Assembly: GCA_965207735.1 (NCBI GenBank)
Contig: OZ242296.1
Coordinates: forward strand, 662,723 to 726,722
From: Candidatus Versatilivorator sp.
Lineage (GTDB): Bacteria; Acidobacteriota; Terriglobia; Versatilivoradales; Versatilivoraceae
Reading direction: 5' to 3'
DNA: 64,000 bases
Part shown: positions 52,233 to 64,000 of the stretch, in pieces
Position numbering within the stretch: position 1 is the stretch's first letter
Layout of the letters: every line of letters starts with the position of its first letter
Notes under the pieces: model-generated
Seen by the model: the letters and a program-made list of their open reading frames with translations, nothing else
What the model was told of the DNA's origin: nothing
Database searches by the model: none
Position numbers and translations under genes: made by a program

Positions 52233-53570
52233 ATGAGATTTCTTTCGACCTCTTCCGAGCAGCAGGCCCTCATGCTGAAGGTCCTGGGACTGCATTCGGT
52301 GGAGGACCTGCTTACCTCCATCCCGGAGGCCATTCGTCTCCGCTCCCCGCTCGATCTTCCTCCCGCCCTGAGCGAACCCGAACTGCTGGCTCGATTTGGA
52401 GAGCTGGAAGCCGGAAACGCCCCCGGAATTCTTTCCTTTCTGGGAGCCGGGGTGAATCAGCATTTCATTCCCCTGGTGATCGACAGTCTCTGTTCCCGGG
52501 GGGAGTTTTTGACTTCCTACACACCCTACCAGGCAGAGATCAGCCAAGGGACCTTGCAGGCCGTCTTTGAGTATCAAACCTTCATTTGCCAACTCACCGG
52601 AATGGATATCTCCAACGCTTCCATGTACGACGGGAGCACGGCCCTGGCGGAGGCGGTCCTGATGGCCAGGCGAATCTCGCGTCGAAGGCGAATCCTGATG
52701 GCCAGAACGGTCCATCCCGAATACCGGGCGGTGGTGGACACGGTTACCCGCCATCAGGACTTGACCATTCAAGCGGTCGAATATGGGGAAGACGGACGCA
52801 TCGATCCGGCGGAGCTGGAGACCCGCCTGGGTGAGGACGTGGCTGCACTGGTGGTCCAGTCGCCGAATTTTCTGGGAAACCTGGAGTCCCTGGACATCCT
52901 TGCGGATCGGTGTCGGCAACTGGGGGTGCTGCTGGTGGTCAACGTCGCGGAGTTGCTCTCGCTGGGAATCGTGCGGTCTCCGGGCTCGGTCGGGGCCGAC
53001 ATTGTGTGCGGCGAAGCTCAGTCACTGGGGGTTTCAACCGGTTACGGCGGCCCTCACGTGGGTTTTCTCGCAACTCGAGAGAAGTTTGTCCGGAATTTGC
53101 CGGGCCGCCTGGTGGGACAGACCGTGGACAGGCACGGACAACGAGGTTACGTGTTGACGCTTGCGACCCGGGAACAGCACATTCGGCGAGAAAAGGCCAC
53201 CTCCAACATCTGCACCAACCAGAACCTGACCGCACTGATGGTGACCCTGTTCTGTTCCCTGCTGGGCAAGACGGGAATCCGGGAGCTGGCCATCCAGAAT
53301 GTCGCCAAGGTCCAATACGGGCTTGCCGCCCTGAGAAAGCGCGGTATCGAAATTCTGTTCGAGGGTCCTCGATTCAATGAGTTCGTATTGCGGTTGAACC
53401 GCCCTTATGAAGAGGCGGCCGAAAGATTCCATGCCGCCGGCGTGGTCCCCGGTCTGCCGCTGAGGGGGTATGAACCTCGGCTGGAGAACGCGCTGCTGGT
53501 TTCGATTACGGAAACAAAGAGCAGACAGGATATCGATCGGCTGGTGGAATTGGTCAAGGCCGCGGCCTGA
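52233..53570 (+). CDS. gcvPA: Glycine dehydrogenase (decarboxylating) subunit 1
   Basis: Conserved GcvPA N-terminal half, positioned in the gcv operon. Confidence 0.85.
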   Translation: MRFLSTSSEQQALMLKVLGLHSVEDLLTSIPEAIRLRSPLDLPPALSEPELLARFGELEAGNAPGILSFLGAGVNQHFIPLVIDSLCSRGEFLTSYTPYQAEISQGTLQAVFEYQTFICQLTGMDISNASMYDGSTALAEAVLMARRISRRRRILMARTVHPEYRAVVDTVTRHQDLTIQAVEYGEDGRIDPAELETRLGEDVAALVVQSPNFLGNLESLDILADRCRQLGVLLVVNVAELLSLGIVRSPGSVGADIVCGEAQSLGVSTGYGGPHVGFLATREKFVRNLPGRLVGQTVDRHGQRGYVLTLATREQHIRREKATSNICTNQNLTALMVTLFCSLLGKTGIRELAIQNVAKVQYGLAALRKRGIEILFEGPRFNEFVLRLNRPYEEAAERFHAAGVVPGLPLRGYEPRLENALLVSITETKSRQDIDRLVELVKAAA

Positions 53571-53616
53571 TGCCGGTCCATCGCGCCGATCCTTGCCTCC
53601 GAATGAGCACCCACCC

Positions 53617-55122
53617 ATGAAACACGACAGAACCGACAGGCACCTCAACCTGAAGGAGGGGCTGATTTTCGAGCGCAGCTCCGCGGGTCGCAAGGGCTAT
53701 GACCTGCCTCGGCTGGACGTTCCTCAGGCAGACCTCGGCGCCGCGTTGGGAACCGACAATCTGAGGGAACCGATCCCCGGTTTCCCGGAGGTCAGCGAGG
53801 TGGATGTGGTGCGGCACTTCACCCGCCTTTCCAGTTGGAATTACAGCATCGATGCCGGCATGTACCCCCTGGGTTCCTGCACCATGAAGTACAATCCGCG
53901 CCTCAACGAGCGGGTAGCGCGGATGGAAGGGCTGGCGACGGCCCATCCTCTGACTCCGGAGTCGCTTGTGCAGGGCAGTCTGGAAATTCTCGGGCAGTTG
54001 GCGGATTGCCTGGCTGAGATCAGTGGCATGGACGCGGTCAGTCTGCAACCGCCTGCCGGCGCCAGCGGAGAGTTGACCGGCATCCTGATGATCCGCGCCT
54101 GTTTGAGCTCACGAGGCAATCCCCGGAGACGGGTTTTGATCCCGGACTCCGCCCACGGAACCAACCCCGCCAGCGCGGTCATTGCCGGCTACGAGGTTCA
54201 ATCCTTGAAATCGGACAACCGTGGATGCATCGATCTCGACGGGCTGGACCGGGCCATGAACGATGAGGTCGCGGCCCTGATGTTGACCAACCCCAACACG
54301 CTGGGAATCTTCGAGCAGGACATCGTGAGCATTGCCCGGATCGTGCACGAACGGGGAGGGCTGGTCTACATGGATGGAGCCAACCTCAACGCCCTGATGG
54401 GAATTACACGTCCGGGGAACTTTGGAGCCGATGTCCTCCACATCAATCTGCACAAGACCTTCTCCACGCCTCACGGAGGCGGCGGGCCGGGCGCCGGCCC
54501 GGTGGCGGTAAAACAGGTGCTGGAACCCTTTCTGCCCGCCCCGACCGTGGAGCGGCGCGATGACGGGCGTTACACTCTTGATCATGACCGTCCGCGCTCC
54601 ATCGGCAGGGTCAAGGCTTTCTACGGAAACTTCCTGACTCTGGTGCGCGCACTGGCCTATATCCTGGCCAACGGGGCCGAAGGACTCAGGGAGGCCAGCC
54701 AGGTGGCGATTTTGCATGCCAACTACATCAAGCACCATTTGCGGGATGTTTACGAGCTGCCCTATGACGAACCCATCCTTCACGAAGTGGTGTTTTCAAG
54801 CAAGCGGCAGACCCGGAACAACATTACGGTGATGGACCTCGCCAAACGCCTGATGGATTATGGCTTCCACCCCCCCACCGTTGCTTTTCCCCTGGTGGTT
54901 CAGGGGGCCCTCATGATCGAGCCGACCGAAACCGAGAGCCGGCAGGAGTTGGATCAGTTTATCCAGGCCATGAGATGTATTGCCGAGGAGGCCGATACCG
55001 ATCCTGACCTTCTCAGACAGGCGCCCCATTCCACCCGAGTCAGCCGTCTGGATGAGGTTCAGGCTGCCCGCCGGCCGGTATTGAGGTGGCTGCCGGAGGA
55101 GACAGGAGGCCAGGAGTCTTGA
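53617..55122 (+). CDS. gcvPB: Glycine dehydrogenase (decarboxylating) subunit 2
   Basis: PLP-binding region (..NLHKTFSTPHGGGGPG..). Start at ATG 53617. Confidence 0.85.
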   Translation: MKHDRTDRHLNLKEGLIFERSSAGRKGYDLPRLDVPQADLGAALGTDNLREPIPGFPEVSEVDVVRHFTRLSSWNYSIDAGMYPLGSCTMKYNPRLNERVARMEGLATAHPLTPESLVQGSLEILGQLADCLAEISGMDAVSLQPPAGASGELTGILMIRACLSSRGNPRRRVLIPDSAHGTNPASAVIAGYEVQSLKSDNRGCIDLDGLDRAMNDEVAALMLTNPNTLGIFEQDIVSIARIVHERGGLVYMDGANLNALMGITRPGNFGADVLHINLHKTFSTPHGGGGPGAGPVAVKQVLEPFLPAPTVERRDDGRYTLDHDRPRSIGRVKAFYGNFLTLVRALAYILANGAEGLREASQVAILHANYIKHHLRDVYELPYDEPILHEVVFSSKRQTRNNITVMDLAKRLMDYGFHPPTVAFPLVVQGALMIEPTETESRQELDQFIQAMRCIAEEADTDPDLLRQAPHSTRVSRLDEVQAARRPVLRWLPEETGGQES

Positions 55123-55273
55123 GTCGAAACAGCTGAATTTCGGATTGTAGATTTCTGATTGTCGATTGGTGAATCACGACAACCGACTGTAACGCGATTC
55201 CAACATGCAATCTAAAATCATCAATCCACAATTCATGTCCTGTTGGTTCGAGGTGCAACCGAGCTAGATTATC

Positions 55274-55340
55274 CTTGACAACCGTCGAGGGTCCTCATTA
55301 TAAAGGATGTGGCTTGGCACTCGATGAATGGGAGTGCTAA
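55274..55340 (+). promoter_or_regulatory. Sigma-70-type promoter (TTGACA, 17-bp spacer, TTATAA) followed by a CIRCE operator TTGGCACTC-N9-GAGTGCTAA (HrcA binding site) upstream of groES
   Basis: -35 hexamer at 55274-55279, -10 hexamer at 55297-55302, CIRCE at 55314-55340, about 40 nt before the groES ATG. Confidence 0.8.
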
Positions 55341-55380
55341 TAACCACGCCTAACTTGCTTATAAATAAGGAGAACACTCT

Positions 55381-55674
55381 ATGAGTCTTAGACCCCTGCA
55401 GGATCGAATCCTAGTCCAGCGCACGGAGGCGGAGGAGACGGTCGGAGGTGGCCTGATCATTCCCGATACAGCCAAGGAGAAGCCACAGGAAGGCATCGTC
55501 AAGGCCGCGGGCAATGGCAAGGTTCTCGAGAACGGCAAGAGATTGGAAATGACACTGAAGTCCGGAGACCGCATCCTGTTCGGCAAGTATTCCGGCTCCG
55601 AGGTGACACTGGATGGCGAGGAGTACCTCATCATGAAGGAAGAGGATGTCCTGGCTGTCCTGGAATCCGAGTGA
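55381..55674 (+). CDS. groES: Co-chaperonin GroES
   Basis: 97 aa, canonical GroES. Confidence 0.95.
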   Translation: MSLRPLQDRILVQRTEAEETVGGGLIIPDTAKEKPQEGIVKAAGNGKVLENGKRLEMTLKSGDRILFGKYSGSEVTLDGEEYLIMKEEDVLAVLESE

Positions 55675-55744
55675 GGCCGGCTGTACCGGCAGTAGCGTGA
55701 AGGCTTTGGCTTTAGATTTCGGGCCTGCGGGCCCGTTTGGATGA

Positions 55745-57385
<1,641 letters not shown>

Positions 57386-57401
57386 GCACCCATTTTCCAT
57401 G

Positions 57402-57447
57402 AGAGGCGGTCGCGCCGGGCCTGCCGGGGGGACCGCCTCTTCTTCCC
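57402..57447 (+). terminator. Rho-independent terminator after groEL
   Basis: Stem AGAGGCGGTC...GACCGCCTCT followed by TCTTCCC. Confidence 0.5.
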
Positions 57448-57489
57448 TTCACTCTCGACATCCCAACCCACCTCCCTGCCCTTTTCTCA

Positions 57490-57845
57490 TGAGGTCCTTC
57501 ACCGGAGCGCGACGGACGGTGACATTGACCGTTCTGGCCAGTCTGGGACTGCTGTTGATCCCTTTCTGCGGCATGGCCTTTGGGTGCGGCTGTACCTGGC
57601 TTTGGGATGGAGCCGCCGCTCACTGCAACGTGTTCCGGCCCGGACCTCCCGATTGTCCCTGGTGCGCCCATGGAGCCGTGGCGGGCACGGTAGCCACCTT
57701 GGGAATCGGCGGCTGCCAACTGCTACTGGCGTTTCTGACCTTGAAAAGAACCGGCCGAACCCTTCCGGCCTGTGTGGTCGGGGTGTCAACCCTGGTTCCA
57801 GCCGCAGTGTTCTTCGCCTGGCTGACACGGCTTTTGGGGCTGTAG
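57490..57845 (+). CDS. Small Cys-rich membrane protein (hypothetical)
   Basis: About 119 aa with three hydrophobic helices and a CGCTW...HCNVF...CPWC motif set. Family unknown, start uncertain. Confidence 0.35.
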
Positions 57846-57849
57846 TCCA

Positions 57850-58900
57850 AGGGAGTCGGTTGTTTCAGACAAGCCGGGCCCCCGCCCCCACGACGGGCGG
57901 ATCATACAAGAGTGAAACAATGAGTCTTCATGGCCCGTCGGGAACAAGGGCCCTGTCGTGCCGAACCGGTTTTCTACTGATTGAACATGGATGCACAGGA
58001 TAAACAGGATAAACAGCACGAGAGTCTGTGCCACAGAAGCAGACCCGCTTGATGATCGGGTGGGTGTTGAAAGTGATCCAAGAGCCCGGGAGCGGGTTTT
58101 GGGAAATCCGTGTTGGAACAGAGGCGATGGTTGAACTCAAGACGGTGGAAACTCTCACCCAATAATCCTGTCCATCCTGTGCATCCATGTAAATTAGCCG
58201 TCTGACTATGCTTGACTTTGAACGGATGTTCCGCCACCCGGCACAAGGCGTTGTTTCAAATAAACATCAGAGCCCTTTGCAAAATTCACGAGCGGGACCT
58301 TTGCCGGGAATGGCCACAAAAGGCACAAAAACACAAAAAGAACCATCGGATGGGCAAGTCTCGAAATCAAGAAACTCGTTTTGTGCCTTTTGTGCTTTTT
58401 GTGGTTTCTGTTGTCTCTTGTGCTTATCGTGGTGAATGCTGGAGCCTGCAGCACATCATCCTTGCCGCCTCAATGTCATTCCCGATTGCGATATTTGCAA
58501 AAGGCTCATCCTTGCGTCGGCTTGTGCTTCACTTGGGCTCACCGGCATTTGCTGCCGCCGCCTACGCGGCTCGACACCCATAGGCGACGTTTCCCTGGGC
58601 TGACGCCCACGGCTAAGTGCTGCCGCGGCTTCGCCGCTCTCAAGGAAGCCGGCTAAAGCAGCATATTCTCAGGCAAGTCCGGCCCCCGCCCTGGTGTGCG
58701 GATCATACATAGAGTGAAACAATCGGAAATCGACCAACCCTTCACGACCTTGGTACCCCGTCGCGGTCAACCTCAGCGCCTTAGTGCCCCTTCGTCGTTC
58801 TTCGTGCCCCTTCGTGGATTTCTTTTTTCTTTTGTCTTTTTTCGTTTGTATCAGACAAGTCCGGTTCCACCCTGCCGATGATTCGACGAACACGATCGAT
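57850..58900. repeat. Composite non-coding repeat cluster 2 (same sub-repeats A, B, C as cluster 1, with A inverted)
   Basis: Sub-repeat C at 57975-58195 (TIR-like GAACATGGATGCACAGGAT...ATCCTGTGCATCCATGTAAAT). Sub-repeat A reverse complement at 58290-58400. Sub-repeat B at 58690-58870, ending TTTTGTCTTTTTTCGTTTGTATCAGACAAG. Confidence 0.6.
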
Positions 58901-59019
58901 TGTTGTCCGTCAGCACGTTCCCGGTGAGGAATGCGGGCTCCCGCGTTGTGTTATGATTCGCTGAAGTTTCTGGACGCTGATTAGCCAGAGTTTGACCCCT
59001 TCGAGGTGGAACAGCCGTC

Positions 59020-60210
59020 ATGGCGACTCTTCTGGATGAGTTTCTTGTTGGAGAGCTGGAATCGTTAAGAAGCAGGAAGCTCTACCGGGCTCTCAAGGTT
59101 CTCGAAGGACAACAACTGCCACAGGCTGAGTTCGATGGGCGGTCGGTGGTGAACCTTTCCTCCAACAACTACCTCGGACTGAACACCCATCCCCGCCTGG
59201 TTGAAGCCTCACAGCGAGCCCTTCGGCAGTTCGGTGTGGGGTCGGGTGCGGTGAGGACCATCGCCGGGACCATGCGGATTCACATGGAGTTGGAAGAGAA
59301 GATAGCCCGGTTCAAGCACACTGAGGCCAGCGTCGTCTTTCAATCGGGCTTCACCGCCAACGCCGGCACGGTGTCTTCGATTCTGGGCAAGGGGGACCTG
59401 ATCATCTCGGACGAGCTCAACCACGCCAGCATCATCGATGGTTGCCGGCTGTCCCGCGCACAGATTCGGGTATTTCCCCACAAGAATACCCGGGCGCTGG
59501 AGGATATTCTGGCCGAGGTTCAAACGCTGCCCGGCAGGAAACTGGTGGTCACCGACGGCGTATTCTCAATGGATGGCGATGTGGCGCCGCTTCCCCAAAT
59601 CGTGGAATTGGCGGAAACCTACGGCGCCATGATGATGGTGGACGATGCCCACGCCAGCGGGGTCATGGGCACATGCGGGCGCGGCACGGTGGACCACTTC
59701 GGACTGCACGGACGAGTGGATATTCAGGTGGGGACGCTTTCCAAAGCCGTGGGGGCTCTGGGCGGATACGTCTGCGGGAGCCGCGCTTTGATTGAATACC
59801 TGTATCATCGCGCCCGGCCCTTTCTTTTTTCCACCTCTCATCCTCCGGCGGTAGCGGCCTCCTGCCTGGCGGCCTTCGAGGTCCTGGAAGAGGAGCCCGC
59901 CTTGATCGAACGCTTGTGGCAAAACACGCGCTTGTTCAAGGACGGCTTGAGCCGCCTGGGATTCGACACCGGCGCCAGCGAAACACCCATTACTCCGATC
60001 ATCGTCGGCCAGGGAGAACTGGCAATGAAATTTTCCGACCAGCTCTTCGAGGAGGGTGTGTTCGCTCAGGGCATTGGATATCCGACCGTACCGGAGGAAA
60101 AGTCTCGCATTCGCACCATTGTGACCGCCACCCATACCCGGGAACAGCTGGAGTTCGCCCTGGAGACTCTCGCCAGAGTCGGCCGCCGGCTGGAGATCAT
60201 TCCGGCGTAA
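59020..60210 (+). CDS. kbl: Glycine C-acetyltransferase / 8-amino-7-oxononanoate synthase family PLP enzyme (Kbl/BioF-like)
   Basis: Alpha-oxoamine synthase motifs (SNNYLGL, GFTANAG, DDAHASG, GTLSKAVGALGGY with PLP lysine). Kbl vs BioF assignment is not resolvable from sequence alone. Confidence 0.7.
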   Translation: MATLLDEFLVGELESLRSRKLYRALKVLEGQQLPQAEFDGRSVVNLSSNNYLGLNTHPRLVEASQRALRQFGVGSGAVRTIAGTMRIHMELEEKIARFKHTEASVVFQSGFTANAGTVSSILGKGDLIISDELNHASIIDGCRLSRAQIRVFPHKNTRALEDILAEVQTLPGRKLVVTDGVFSMDGDVAPLPQIVELAETYGAMMMVDDAHASGVMGTCGRGTVDHFGLHGRVDIQVGTLSKAVGALGGYVCGSRALIEYLYHRARPFLFSTSHPPAVAASCLAAFEVLEEEPALIERLWQNTRLFKDGLSRLGFDTGASETPITPIIVGQGELAMKFSDQLFEEGVFAQGIGYPTVPEEKSRIRTIVTATHTREQLEFALETLARVGRRLEIIPA

Positions 60211-60220
60211 CGGAGGCAAG

Positions 60221-60341
60221 CCCGCATTTCTCACAGGAGGGCGCACCCCGTGTAACCGAAAACCGTCCAATTGCACCAACAAGTTGTTGAAAACAAACGG
60301 TGGCTCCACGATTCATCCAGCGACCCGGCGAGAAGTGCGGG
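60221..60341. repeat. 121-bp miniature element with the IS1380-type TIRs (CCCGCATTTCTCACAGG ... CAGCGACCCGGCGAGAAGTGCGGG)
   Basis: Both TIR-like ends and the conserved subterminal CAGCGACC box are read directly. This is the third transposase-less derivative of the IS1380 element seen in the window. Confidence 0.6.
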
Positions 60342-60417
60342 CTATGCTGCTTCCCCGCCCTCCTTTGACCCCATTGACGACTCCTGACCGGTCGATACCC
60401 GGGAAGAAAGGAATGCC

Positions 60418-61602
60418 ATGAAAGAGTTCAATCCCCCGAAGCGCATCCTGATGGGCCCTGGTCCCAGCGACGCCGACCCCCGTGTGCTTCGTGCGCTGTC
60501 CGCCCCGCTGGTGGGTCATTTGGACCCCGCATTCCTGGGAGTTATGGATGAGATCCAGCAGTTGCTGCGGGCGGTTTTCGAGACCGGCAATCGCTTGACG
60601 ATTCCCATTTCCGCCACCGGCAGCGCCGGAATGGAGGCCGCCTTCGTGAACCTGGTCGAGCCGGGCGACGGGGTGGTGGTGTGTGTGAACGGAGTCTTCG
60701 GTGAGCGGATGAGCGATATCGTCACCCGCTGCGGAGGCAAGCTGACTCGGGTGGAAGCCGAATGGGGCCGCGGCCTTGACATGGAGGAAGTCCGGCAAAC
60801 CTTGCAACGAACCCGCCCCAGGATCCTGGCGGCTGTGCAGGCGGAAACCTCTACCGGAGTATTGACCCCGCCAGCCAAGCTGAGAGAGGTGTTGAACGAA
60901 TTCCCTGATACCCTGCTGCTGCTGGACTGTGTCACCTCACTGGGCGGTCATCCCGTGGAAATCGATCGACATGGGGTCGATTTCGCCTACAGTGGCACCC
61001 AGAAGTGCTTGAGCTGTCCCCCGGGCTTGGCTCCCATTACGGTCTCGGACCGGGGCGTGAAAAGGATTCGACAGAGAAAAACCAAGGTGCAGAGTTGGTA
61101 TCTGGATCTGACCATGGTTGAAAAGTACTGGGGTTCAGACCGGACCTATCACCACACGGCCCCGATTTCCATGAACTATGCGCTACGGGAGTCCCTGCGC
61201 CTGGTCGTCGAGGAAGGGCTCCGGAACCGCTTTGATCGCCATCGCTTGAATCATCAAGCCCTGGTAGCCGGGGTGGAAGCCATGGGGTTGGAGATGCTGG
61301 TCCGACCGGAAGACCGTCTATGGGTCTTGAATACCGTCCGGGTGCCCGATGGAGTTTCGGATGCCGCCGTGCGCTCCCGGCTGCTGAGCGATTTCGGTAT
61401 CGAGATCGGTGGTGGGTTGGGGCCGCTGAAGGACAGGGTCTGGCGGGTGGGGTTGATGGGTACCTCTTCCCATCCGAACAACGTGCTGATGTTGCTGAAT
61501 GCCCTGGAGCGCATTCTCAGACAGGAAGGGATCCGGCTGGCCCCGGGCAGCGGTGTGGAGGCTGCTTCGGCGGTCTTCGACCGGCAGGAACCCCCGGTTT
61601 GA
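60418..61602 (+). CDS. Class V aminotransferase (alanine-glyoxylate / serine-pyruvate aminotransferase type)
   Basis: AGXT-like sequence with PLP lysine region ([15 protein letters not shown]). Confidence 0.8.
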   Translation: MKEFNPPKRILMGPGPSDADPRVLRALSAPLVGHLDPAFLGVMDEIQQLLRAVFETGNRLTIPISATGSAGMEAAFVNLVEPGDGVVVCVNGVFGERMSDIVTRCGGKLTRVEAEWGRGLDMEEVRQTLQRTRPRILAAVQAETSTGVLTPPAKLREVLNEFPDTLLLLDCVTSLGGHPVEIDRHGVDFAYSGTQKCLSCPPGLAPITVSDRGVKRIRQRKTKVQSWYLDLTMVEKYWGSDRTYHHTAPISMNYALRESLRLVVEEGLRNRFDRHRLNHQALVAGVEAMGLEMLVRPEDRLWVLNTVRVPDGVSDAAVRSRLLSDFGIEIGGGLGPLKDRVWRVGLMGTSSHPNNVLMLLNALERILRQEGIRLAPGSGVEAASAVFDRQEPPV

Positions 61603-61632
61603 GAGCGGATCGCCCCGCGGGCTTTATCCAGG

Positions 61633-63334
61633 TCAATCGCCGGCCGGTCCGCGGTGAGTCAGCCTGCCGAAAACACCCGGGTCCAATTCAGGACGCCGAC
61701 GGGACTCTCCCACTTCCCAGACCGTCAGGTAGACCAGTTTCAGGATGCTCTCCAGCTTGCTGAAGTTGATCTTGTCTGCCGTATCGGTGGCTCGATGGTA
61801 GTCGGGATGAAAGCCGGTGAACAGGAATAGCGCAGGAATTCCCCGCTTCAGGAAGGGCCAGTGGTCGCTGCGGCGCATCAAGTCCATGGACTTGGGTTCC
61901 GAGGGAAATCTCAGATCCAGGCCGGTCTTGGCGTTGCTGCGCTCGACGAAGTCCCGCAGCATGGGTGCAACCGATGCTCCGAAGATGTTGAGCGAGTTTC
62001 GGTTGTCCTTTTCTCTTTGGCCGGGGAGGTCACCGACGAGATTGGCCCCGTGCTGGGCATTCCGGCCGATCATGTCCATCTGGAACATGGCCACCGTCTG
62101 TTGGAGCGGCACCGGAGGGCGCCTGACGTAGTCTCGAGAGCCCAGCAGTCCGATTTCTTCCGCGCCCCAAGCCGCCAGCAGAATGCTTCTCCCGGGTTTG
62201 GCCGGGTTTCTTAGAAAGGCTTCCGAAAGTTCTAGTAGCGCCGTAGTGCCGGAAGCGTTGTCGTCGGCTCCCCAAAAGATCCGGCCCTCCTTGTCGACAC
62301 CCATGTGATCGTGATGGGCTCCCAGGATGATGAACTCGTCCTTGAGAACGGGGTCCGATCCCGGAATATGCCCCACCACGTTGTACCCCTGGAATCGCCG
62401 CCTTCTGTAAGAGACCTGGATTCGCACTTGTCCCTGGAGAGAAAAGCTCCGCGGGTGTCCCGTCTCATCGATCCGGTCCTGTAGCTGCCCGAGGGACCTG
62501 GACGGGTTTTCGGGTCCGTCCCCTTGACGCAGAAGTCGTTCTCCGGCCGAGAAAGTCATCCTCACCACCGGAATGGAGAGGGCATCCAGCCGGTCCGACA
62601 GGTAGGCCCTGGCGTGGCGAAAGTTGGAACTCAGAGAAGGAAGTTCCTCTCCCCGGGCCTGAATGAGCACAACGCCGCACGCCCCCCGGGCCGCGGCCCC
62701 AAGGGACTTCTCCACGGGGTCGGAGTAGTCGGTCGGTCCAACCTGGCGAAAGGCAATGTCGGGAGGCACCCCGCTGAGCATGATCGCGACCTTGTCCTGA
62801 AGTTCGATTCCTTGGAAATCGTCATAGTCTAGACCGGGTGCCGTCAGCCCGTATCCCACAAAGGCGGCTTGCTTGCCTTGGACCGTTCCATCCGGTCCCC
62901 AGGAGGCCGGCAGAAAATCCTCACCGGTCTTGAAGGAAACCATCGAGGCGCCGGCGCTTGCGAATTCCAGTAGACCGGACTCTCGCGGAAGCGCCCGGCT
63001 GATCCCAAAGGAGTGTAGGAAGTCAGTGGCATGGGGGGGCCGGGAGCAGGCCATTGGCCTCGAAGACACTGGCGATGTAGGCCGCGGTGAGCTCGGCCTC
63101 GGGGCTGCCGGTTGCCCGGCCCTTGAAATGAGAGGACGCCAGAAACTTCAGCCTGGCCCGGATGCGTTCCTGCCGGATTGATTTCAATCCGGGGGCAATC
63201 TTTTCAAAGGAGACTGCCTCGAGTTGGCCGGGCAGCAGGAGCCCAAGAACGAGGCCGGCCAGCAGCCAGCGAGACGAGATGAGGTAGCGTGATGTGAATT
63301 GCGTGGCGCCCTCCTGTTCTCCTGCGGTCGGCAT
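61633..63334 (-). pseudogene. M28-family peptidase (signal peptide plus PA plus M28 domains) with an apparent frameshift in a G7/C7 homopolymer (63033-63039)
   Basis: The 61633-63069 ORF carries M28 zinc ligands (HHDHMG...DDNASG...EE...H). The signal-peptide N-terminus is in a different frame (63023-63334) and joins at the C7 run. Confidence 0.55.
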
Positions 63335-63336
63335 GG

Positions 63337-63957
63337 CTAGGATGTAGCCGTGCGTGGCTGGATCCAGCGTTGGTAGGCTTCGGGGGTGTCGACGTCAACC
63401 AGGATCTGATCCGATTCCCATTCCAGATGGCAGATTTGTTGACGATGCTGCCTGACCACGGCGACGGCCCCTTCTTCCGGACTGGCGGCCAGCAGTTCGG
63501 GAAAGAGTTCCTTGGCGAACAGGACCGGATGTCCCCGCCTCCTCTGAAAGGAAGGAATCACAATGGGATGGCCTCCCTGGCTGAAGCAGTCCAGCAGCGC
63601 GTCGATCAGGGCGCTGTCGACCAGGGGATGGTCGACCAGGAACAGCATCAATCCGTCGCAGGTCTCCCGATCGAGAGCCCGGATGCCGGTTTGCAGAGAG
63701 GATAGTTGACCCTCCCGGTAGCGGGAGTTGACGACGGTTGCCGCCCTCAGGTCCGGCAGACGGTCGAGGATGGATTCGGGCCGATGGCCCAGCACGATCT
63801 TCAGGTCGACCAGCCGGGAGGCCCGAATCTGATGGACGATATGCTCCAGGAAGGTGGTGCCGAAGATCGGCAGCAAGGCCTTGGGGCGCCCCATGCGTTG
63901 CGATCGACCCGCGGCCAGGATGACGCCGCTGACCCTTTTGTCCCTGGGAGTCGTCAA
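63337..63957 (-). CDS. MobA-like NTP-transferase domain protein (molybdenum cofactor nucleotidyltransferase family)
   Basis: VILAAGRSQRMGRPKALL is a typical MobA/MocA N-terminal glycine-rich motif. Confidence 0.7.
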   Translation of the reverse strand: MTTPRDKRVSGVILAAGRSQRMGRPKALLPIFGTTFLEHIVHQIRASRLVDLKIVLGHRPESILDRLPDLRAATVVNSRYREGQLSSLQTGIRALDRETCDGLMLFLVDHPLVDSALIDALLDCFSQGGHPIVIPSFQRRRGHPVLFAKELFPELLAASPEEGAVAVVRQHRQQICHLEWESDQILVDVDTPEAYQRWIQPRTATS

Positions 63958-64000
63958 TTTCCCGCGGCCTCTTCCGGATCGAGATCGGAGTCGTCCCGGG

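Overview
High-GC bacterial chromosomal segment, possibly Acidobacteria-like, with a housekeeping backbone: radical-SAM protein, tRNA-Thr, murJ, lpxD, xerD, recO-glyQ-glyS-ppdK, lptFG, ahcY, a fadA/fadB/fadD beta-oxidation cluster, the gcvT-gcvH-gcvPA-gcvPB operon, groES-groEL behind a CIRCE operator, a kbl-like gene and an aminotransferase. On top of that backbone there is heavy mobile-element activity. Two near-identical inverted IS1182-like copies bracket a 6.7-kb segment carrying vapBC, murJ, lpxD and xerD. One IS1380-family IS sits inside comEC, and at least three transposase-less derivatives of it (130 bp to about 1 kb) share its terminal inverted repeat CCCGCATTTCTCACCAG and are flanked by CTAG. 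The most striking feature is an ORF-less group II intron of about 880 nt present in two copies, each inserted at exactly the same position inside that IS1380-type terminal repeat. The intron carries EBS2/EBS1 stretches complementary to the 13 nt upstream of the insertion point, and no reverse-transcriptase/maturase gene is present in the window. A 943-aa PrimPol-SF2 helicase-DUF559 nuclease fusion between lptFG and ahcY is a second candidate for an undescribed conflict or mobile function. Two multi-part non-coding repeat clusters, a 120-bp in-frame triplication inside xerD, a fused lptF-lptG and several insertions landing on C-TAG stop codons are also noted.
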